From the human T2T-CHM13v2.0 reference genome, Homo sapiens, in assembly GCF_009914755.1 (NCBI RefSeq), contig NC_060932.1: DNA of 64,000 nt, one strand, 5' to 3'. The notes under the pieces are model-generated. The model made no database searches. It was not told the DNA's origin and saw only the letters and a list, made by a program, of their open reading frames with translations. Positions 56,535 to 64,000 of the stretch are shown piece after piece (positions within the stretch are counted from its first letter, which is position 1; each line of letters starts with the position of its first letter). The translations under genes and the position numbers were made by a program.

Positions 56535-58546
56535 AAACACCTTAAAGTTTCTGAGAATTTGTCATTGCTTAGATGGTACTTTCAATGACACCACCCTCCC
56601 CCACCCCTTGCCTTTTTTGGTAGCAATAAAACTCTTAATGTCTCAAAAATCACAATGTTTCACACAGCACAGTGAAAATACTTAGAAACACTCTCGGTTT
56701 CAACGTGGTGTTATAAATTGTTGCTACAGTATCTCATTGGGGCTAAATTTATGCTTTTGTATGCATTGCTATCTTTCTAATTTTGCCAAAACAGATCCTC
56801 TGCAACTTAATAAGAGGTTTTGATCCAAGCCACCGAAGATCCTGTCTGGACAGTAAAAAACCTTTAAGAATGGGCTTGAGCTGAGCTAGACAGAACCCAG
56901 GAGTGATAGCACAGATTATTAGGCTTCAATGCAATAAAAGTCAGGCCTCTTGTTAGCCTGAGCTCAAATAATCTACCTGGAGGTCTCCTGAGTATCTAAT
57001 TCTCACGTAGAAGACAACGTTTGCTGAAGTGTCATCTGAAGTTCACCGGAAGTAAACCGTACAATGCTGCAACACAACTAGAGCAACAGTAAGGAGTACA
57101 GAACTGTGATTAATACGCACGTAGGGCTTTTGAAGAAAACACGAGTGTGACACACAGTTGGCTCTGAAATTAAGCTTTGACAAGAAGTGATAAAGGGAAG
57201 TGTAAGTTGATCATGACTCACTTGGTAATCTGGTTCCAACCACTTCCTCCTGTGTATAAACATGGCAAGCTCTATCCTTCTTTTCTATCCAGAAATGGAG
57301 GGAACAGATGGCTTTGGAGAAATTTGTTTTGTAAGAGGAACTTCTGAATTGTCTGGCATGAGTTTTTTTTTTTTTTCTTTTAACATGAGCCTTAGCTCCA
57401 AACACTCAGGCTTATTAGAGGCCAATCCTCTATCACATTGCTGGGAGATGCCACCTTCCTTCTGACTACACTGACAAATCTCTGGCCTTGGCCCTTGTAC
57501 ATTTCTGCCTAAATTTCACAAATGAGAAAAGCTATAACTGGAGCAGAGATTTGCAGCAAAACAAAACAAAATAAAACCAAAATAATACAATTAAGAGACA
57601 GAACTGAGTTGATTTCCTGCTTTGGCATTAACTGGTAGTGGAAGTTTTTTCAAAAGTAACTTGGCCTCACTGACTTCAGGTTTCTTGTTAGGAAAATGAA
57701 TAGGTTTGGCTCAAAGGCCAAGAATTCTTCTCACCTAAATGGTTATTCTCCAGCTCAAATCTCTGGTACATCCAGCAGCATCTCTGCTGGAGTCAATGGC
57801 GGTGTGTTGTAGAAAGCAGGGGTTGTTTTTTTTTTTTTGAATAACATCTATCTATACCTTCTCTGGTTCTGTCATCTTCCTTTTCTCCACCTGTTTAAAA
57901 AAATCTCACACATTAAATGACCACACACATTATTAGTTAACTTTGCCTCAAATAGCATCTCTAGCCTTCTCAACCCTTGTATTTTTCATTTGTTTTAAAT
58001 TCTAACTACCCTTAAACTGTATATACCCTCTACTTATTTCCTGGTTGACTCTTCCCTCTCAGCCTTCAATCTTGTCTCCAAGTCATTGGCAGTCGGTAAA
58101 CTGTTCTCGTGTCTTTAGCCAGCTTCTTCCCCTCTAAGCACAGTTTATTCTTATGAGAAGTCCTTCTTTCCAGGACAGAAAGACCAGTTCAAGCCTCACA
58201 AAATGAAAATGTTGCCTCTCACCTGCTATCGTTTCCCATATGTGTGCTATTTGTTTTATTTTCCAATATTTTGCTTGCCAGTTCTTTACTGCAAAATTCA
58301 GAGGAGAATGTTCTGCACTTGAGTAGGGTTTATGAGATAACTGAATTCTCATGCTCACTTTGTTATTTGCTATGTGTTCTTCCGCAAGGGATTGCTGTGT
58401 GGCTTATGCAAATTCATTCCTTAGTAGAACCTGCCCCTCAGTCTTACAGTGTCCTCATATCGCAAATTAGCTGCGTTCCTACCTTGCTCTACTTTTTTCT
58501 AAACTGTATACATTAGGAGCTTATGTGAACTTCTTTAACATCTGAT

Positions 58547-58610
58547 ATGTGTGTGTGTGTGTTTGTGTGTGTGTCAGAAAGAGAGGAAGAGAGAGAGAGG
58601 AAGAGAGAGA
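58547..58610. repeat. (TG)n followed by (GA)n microsatellite
   Basis: Direct reading. Confidence 0.88.
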
Positions 58611-59502
58611 ATATATGTGTGTTTGGTTTTGCCATCTCCCTGCAGAGTGGAAGGTAATGAATAATCATTTATAGTATGAATGGATAAAATTGGATAAAAG
58701 ATGTGAAGATTAGTGAGGTTATCGCAAGTATCGATTTCTATTAGTAAATAGAACAGGGAAACACCTACTAATTCACTTTACTTACCTAAAAAAAAAGCCA
58801 TAGTTTTGAAAAACTCAACAGCATTTTTCTGTAGCTTCTACTGTTCATATTTATTTTGGAATTTTCCAGATCTTAAATCTTGGAATGTTTATTTAAGGGT
58901 TTAAAATATAAGCAAAATAAATCCTGACTTCTGGCAAACATTACTATGCTAAGAATTAGTTGATTTCAAATTCTCAGACAGTTCTGTTAATTCTCAGTAG
59001 ATGGTGACTGTGTGAACACACTGTACTCAGTGGGGTTAGATTTACCAATAAGTACATTATTATTTCCAGTAAAATGTGCTGTCCACTTTGGCAAAAGTGG
59101 AACGAACTTATTAATTACTAACTTACACTAATGCTGTTTTACATATAGATCCCAGTAAAGAACCCAACTAACAAAGACTGCAATCCAATTTGCCAGTATC
59201 AATAAAAATTGGCTGAAATGCCAAAGAAGGTTACTGAAGGATGTTGTACACACCACCAGCTACTTTTAAAAGTGGCGTGCCTGTCTCCAAATGGTGAGTG
59301 TGTGTACGAGTCTGCACATGGGGATTCTCTGTAACATCGTTTACGATAGAAAAGTGTCGGAAGCCATCCCAGGAAAAGACATCAGTTAAATGTTGTATGT
59401 CGATAAAATAGAGTGCTATGAAGAAATAAAAAGGCTTCAGAACTGCATCTATTGGAAGATTTTCACAACATTTTTTTAAATGAAAAAGAATGTTATATGT
59501 TA

Positions 59503-59934
<432 letters not shown>

Positions 59935-60037
59935 TTAGAGAAGTTAGAACCTTTAAAAACATTTTTTCCCATTTTTCCTTGTTTGTCCTTTTTCTGTTTT
60001 TCAATACTCAATATCAGATAACATTATAATAAACAAA

Positions 60038-60612
60038 AGTATTCCATGGTATATATGTGCCACATTTTCTTTATCCAGTCTATCACTGATGGGTATTTGG
60101 GTTGGTTTTAAGTCTTTGCTATTGTAAATAGTGCTGCAATAAACATACGTGTGCATGTGTCTTTATAGTAAATGATTTATAATCCTTTTGATATATACCC
60201 AGTAATGGTATATATCATTAATGATTATAGTATATATCAGTAATGATTGCTGGGTCAAATCCTTTGCAGGGACATGGATGAAGCTGGAAACCATCATACT
60301 CAGCAAACTAACTCAGGAACAGAAAACCAAACATCGCATGCTCTCACTCATAAGTGGGAGTTGAAAAATAGGAACACATGGACACAGAGAGGTGAACATC
60401 ACATACCAGGGCCAGTAGGTGGGTAGGGGGTTGGGGGGATAGGGGAGGGAGAGCATTAGGACAAATATCTATTGCATGTGAGGCTTAAAACCTAGATGAT
60501 GGTTTGACAGGTGCAGCAAACCACCATGGCACATGTATACCTATGTAACAAATCTGCACGTTCAGCACATGTATCCCAGAACTTAAAGTAAAATAAAGAA
60601 AAAAAAAAAAAA
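60038..60612 (+). mobile_element. L1PA7/8-like 3' end with 5' inversion
   Basis: Antisense ORF2 piece 60038-60260 joined to a sense ORF2 end, 3'UTR and polyA (60261-60612). Confidence 0.92.
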
Positions 60613-61356
60613 TTCTCTTCTGAGTTAAAAAAAATATTTTCAAGGGGACTATTTACTTCTATTAATATATGTTAAAGGTCAAGAAAAATCATGCCCTCTG
60701 CATAAGAAAATGTGTATAGATAACCCAAGAAAATGATTAATGATGTAAGTGACATATATAAAAAATTGAGCTAATTTACCCTTTCTTCAGCAGTGGCATC
60801 CTTAGGAATACCTTTGAAAATACCAGTTCATTACCATTTTTTAAATCTTTGCCAATCTGATGGATGAAAAATATGATTTATATTTATATTTTACATTTCA
60901 ATCTTTAAGCAATCTGGAATGAGTGAAGATTCTAAGTTTATGTTTTTCTTTTCCATACATAGCTATTAATTACTAAGTCTGCTAATCAATATCATGTTTT
61001 GAGCCCTCTAAACTTTCTCCTCTGATATGTAACTATAACCTTATCATACATTAAATACTTAGGTATATTTTGGTGCATTTCTGGACTTTCTCTTCTGCTC
61101 CACTGATCTGTCTGTTACTATGCCTGTACAAGACCTTTAAATTGTGTAGCTTCGTGATTGATTTTAACATCTGGTAAGAAAAAAAAAAGTATGCTCACTT
61201 AGACTCACTTTATTGTTTGCTAAAATGAATTGAGAACTATTAATCAATACAGTTGAGAACATGAATAACAGTGCTCTTGGGCCCTTTACAAGGTTTGGCA
61301 GATAAACTGATGATGTATTTCTCTAGGTTTCTGAGTCAGTAATTTCATGATGAATT

Positions 61357-61587
<231 letters not shown>

Positions 61588-63828
61588 ATTATACTTTTTA
61601 CATGTGTGCAAGCACCTCTTTTTCTATTAAGTTAGGCACCTCTCTACATTTGCTTAACCTCCAAGCTACTTCTCCATATTCACCCGGGATTTACTGATCA
61701 TTTCACAGGTTTCCTATTCTAATCCCCAGTTCCTGTCACTGACCTGAGTGATAACAATGTCCATGCAATCATATAGAAAATGCTGCTCTCTCAGTTCCTT
61801 GATAATCAGTTGCATTTTTCTTATCACTTCCTAAGCCACTCAGAAATGGTTTCATTCTTGGCCTGTTTGTCACTTGAAATTCTCCAGCTTTGGAACAGAA
61901 AGTTTAAAAAGTTTTTGATTTCCTATTTTCTAAAATTAATAATGTTCATCTTAGAAAACATTTAAGAAGTCATAAATAAATGAAGTATATACAAATCACC
62001 AGTAAGCTTATAATATTGGTAATTGGTAGATTATATTTATCTATCCATCCCTCCATCCATCTATCTATTATCAATAGTCCATCATAAGTATGTTATCTAG
62101 TTACTTAGCTACCTGTCATCTAGCTATCTAGCTGTATATTTAGCTGTAATTCTTCCTCTCCACCTCCACTTCTGCACACTCACACACGATACTAATATAT
62201 AGGTACACGTCCATATTTTTTCTGTATCTTTTTGAAGTGGCATTGGAGCCTATTTTGGCCTGACCTGCTAGAAATAAGTATATGCTCTGGAGAAATGGAT
62301 GTGTGAATGAATCTTAAAAGATGTGATGTTTTAGCAAGCTCATTTGAGCAAGATGCACAGTTGTAACCATATGACCTCCCGTAGTTTAAATTAAAGATCT
62401 AATTGCCTATAGCTCTTGACTAATAATGAACAGTGTGAAAAGTTGTTCTCTGTTCTGTGTATCTCCAAAGGACAGAGTATCAGCAGCAGAAAGATTAGAC
62501 CCGAAAGCTCACATTGGCATCTTCCCCAGTGTTCTCCTGCATGCTTTGCCCAATACAGGCTGCTTCCTTTGTAGCTACGGTCATTTAAGTGTGCTTCCTC
62601 CTTGTGGCTTTCTTCTCTTGTTTTATAGAGTTGTTTTTTTAAAAAAATCTTTTTTTTGGGGGGGTAACATAGGCCTCTTAAATTGTTTTACATACTTTTC
62701 ACAAAATTATTTTAACAGCCATGCTTTGTTTTTGTTTTGCTTTTTTGGGGGGAACTTCAGAGAAGTGTTCTATCACCTTAGTTCTGCTCAAGTTGGTTAT
62801 TTTATGTATATTCAACTTGGATAGTATGATACTTGTACTTCTGTATTTTTCCTAATATATGTGTCAGTAGAGCTGCCATGAAGGATTTATGGATCCCAAC
62901 ATCCAACGTGCCCCTTGAGACTCTCACCCAACTCTCACCCCTCACTCCTAGCAGATTATTTTGTTCTTGTTTCATGGATACAATACTTTCCATAGTGTGC
63001 ATACTTCTTCACTAGACCCCAATATTTTTTAGGTCTTGTGATAACCTCTATTGGCTCTAAATCAGTACAGGTTTTTAGGTTATGATAACCTATATTGGAT
63101 TAGATCCATTATAGGCTATCACTTATAATCCATCACCCTAGTCGAATACACTTACCTGCTTTCTTAATCCCAGCTCATCTCAAGCCCAATGAGAATGAAC
63201 TCTAACCTACCACTCTATAACTTTCATCCTTCTACACTCTTTCAACTTACAAATTAACCAGTTTCATCTTGGGGCAAAAAAAACCAGCTTGTTATTTCTC
63301 CTTTCCTTCCAAGTACAAGTTCTATAAACAATACATTTTAATTCATACTCTTTACTTAATTCCGCCTTTATCTCTCCACTGAAACTATCCTTGATAAAGA
63401 CATCAGTGACCTACTCATTTCCAAATTCAAAGACTACTTCTTAATTACTATAATATCTCGGGGATATTTGGTGCTGTTGACTACTTTATTTATTTAGAAA
63501 GTCTCTTCTGTTCCCTGTTTGTCCACCACTCTGATTTATTCTCAGTAACCTGCTCAAGGCCCAGTTTCTCCATCTTGTATTTACTGAGTGTGAGCACGTG
63601 TCATATGCTGGGTTCTACCAGGATGGCTATCTCCATGCCCTGTAGACTACTAAACATGACTAGTGGGATAAGAGTGGTGATTTTCCCATTCTTGGAAAAA
63701 GTATTTGCACAGCCATTTTCATCATTTCTTCCTCTATCACATCTTAAGTGGTAGAAAGGGGAACATGGAATGCTGTATCCAAAAAATCCTAATTCCCATA
63801 GGAAGTGCAGGGAAATGAATGAATACTT

Positions 63829-63990
63829 TGTATTCATCAGGGCTCTCCAGAGAAACAGAATTAACAGGGTGTGTGTGTGTGTGTGTGTGTGCATGCATAT
63901 ACTCACATATATATCTCTTTCCTATACATATGAAAGAGATTTATTTTAAGCACTTGGCTCACACAGTTATGGAAGCTTGGTAAATCAGTA
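63829..63990 (-). mobile_element. MLT2 (HERV-L-type) LTR fragment with (TG)n
   Basis: TGTATT..CAGGGCTCTCCAGAGAAACAGAA..GAGATTTATTTTAAG..TTGGCTCACACAGTTATGGA. Confidence 0.8.
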
Positions 63991-64000
63991 TTTTGTTTTC

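Noticed and set aside
60418-60450. G-quadruplex motif
   Set aside because: Standard G-rich tract of the L1 3'UTR

Overview
Primate (probably human or great-ape) genomic DNA: AT-rich, CpG-depleted and dominated by interspersed repeats. I found no credible host protein-coding gene, RNA gene or CpG island; the long ORFs in the track are retroelement-derived. The main landmarks are a ~7.4 kb LTR2-flanked Harlequin/HERV-E-type mosaic provirus (20599-27985; tRNA-Glu PBS, 4-bp TSD, two different env remnants, 3' LTR missing most of U3) and a young 5'-truncated L1PA2/3 (39651-43240). Also present are several L1 3' ends with twin-priming inversions, about 10 Alus, many solo LTRs and hAT/mariner MITEs. 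The best non-repeat signals are candidate CTCF sites, two motif-dense candidate enhancers (~18.1 kb and ~57.1 kb) and an old ~210-bp local duplication. I see no evidence of a wholly new biological system; the findings are mostly unusual mutational scars and candidate regulatory elements. Repeat subfamily names come from recalled consensus sequences and need RepeatMasker/Dfam confirmation.
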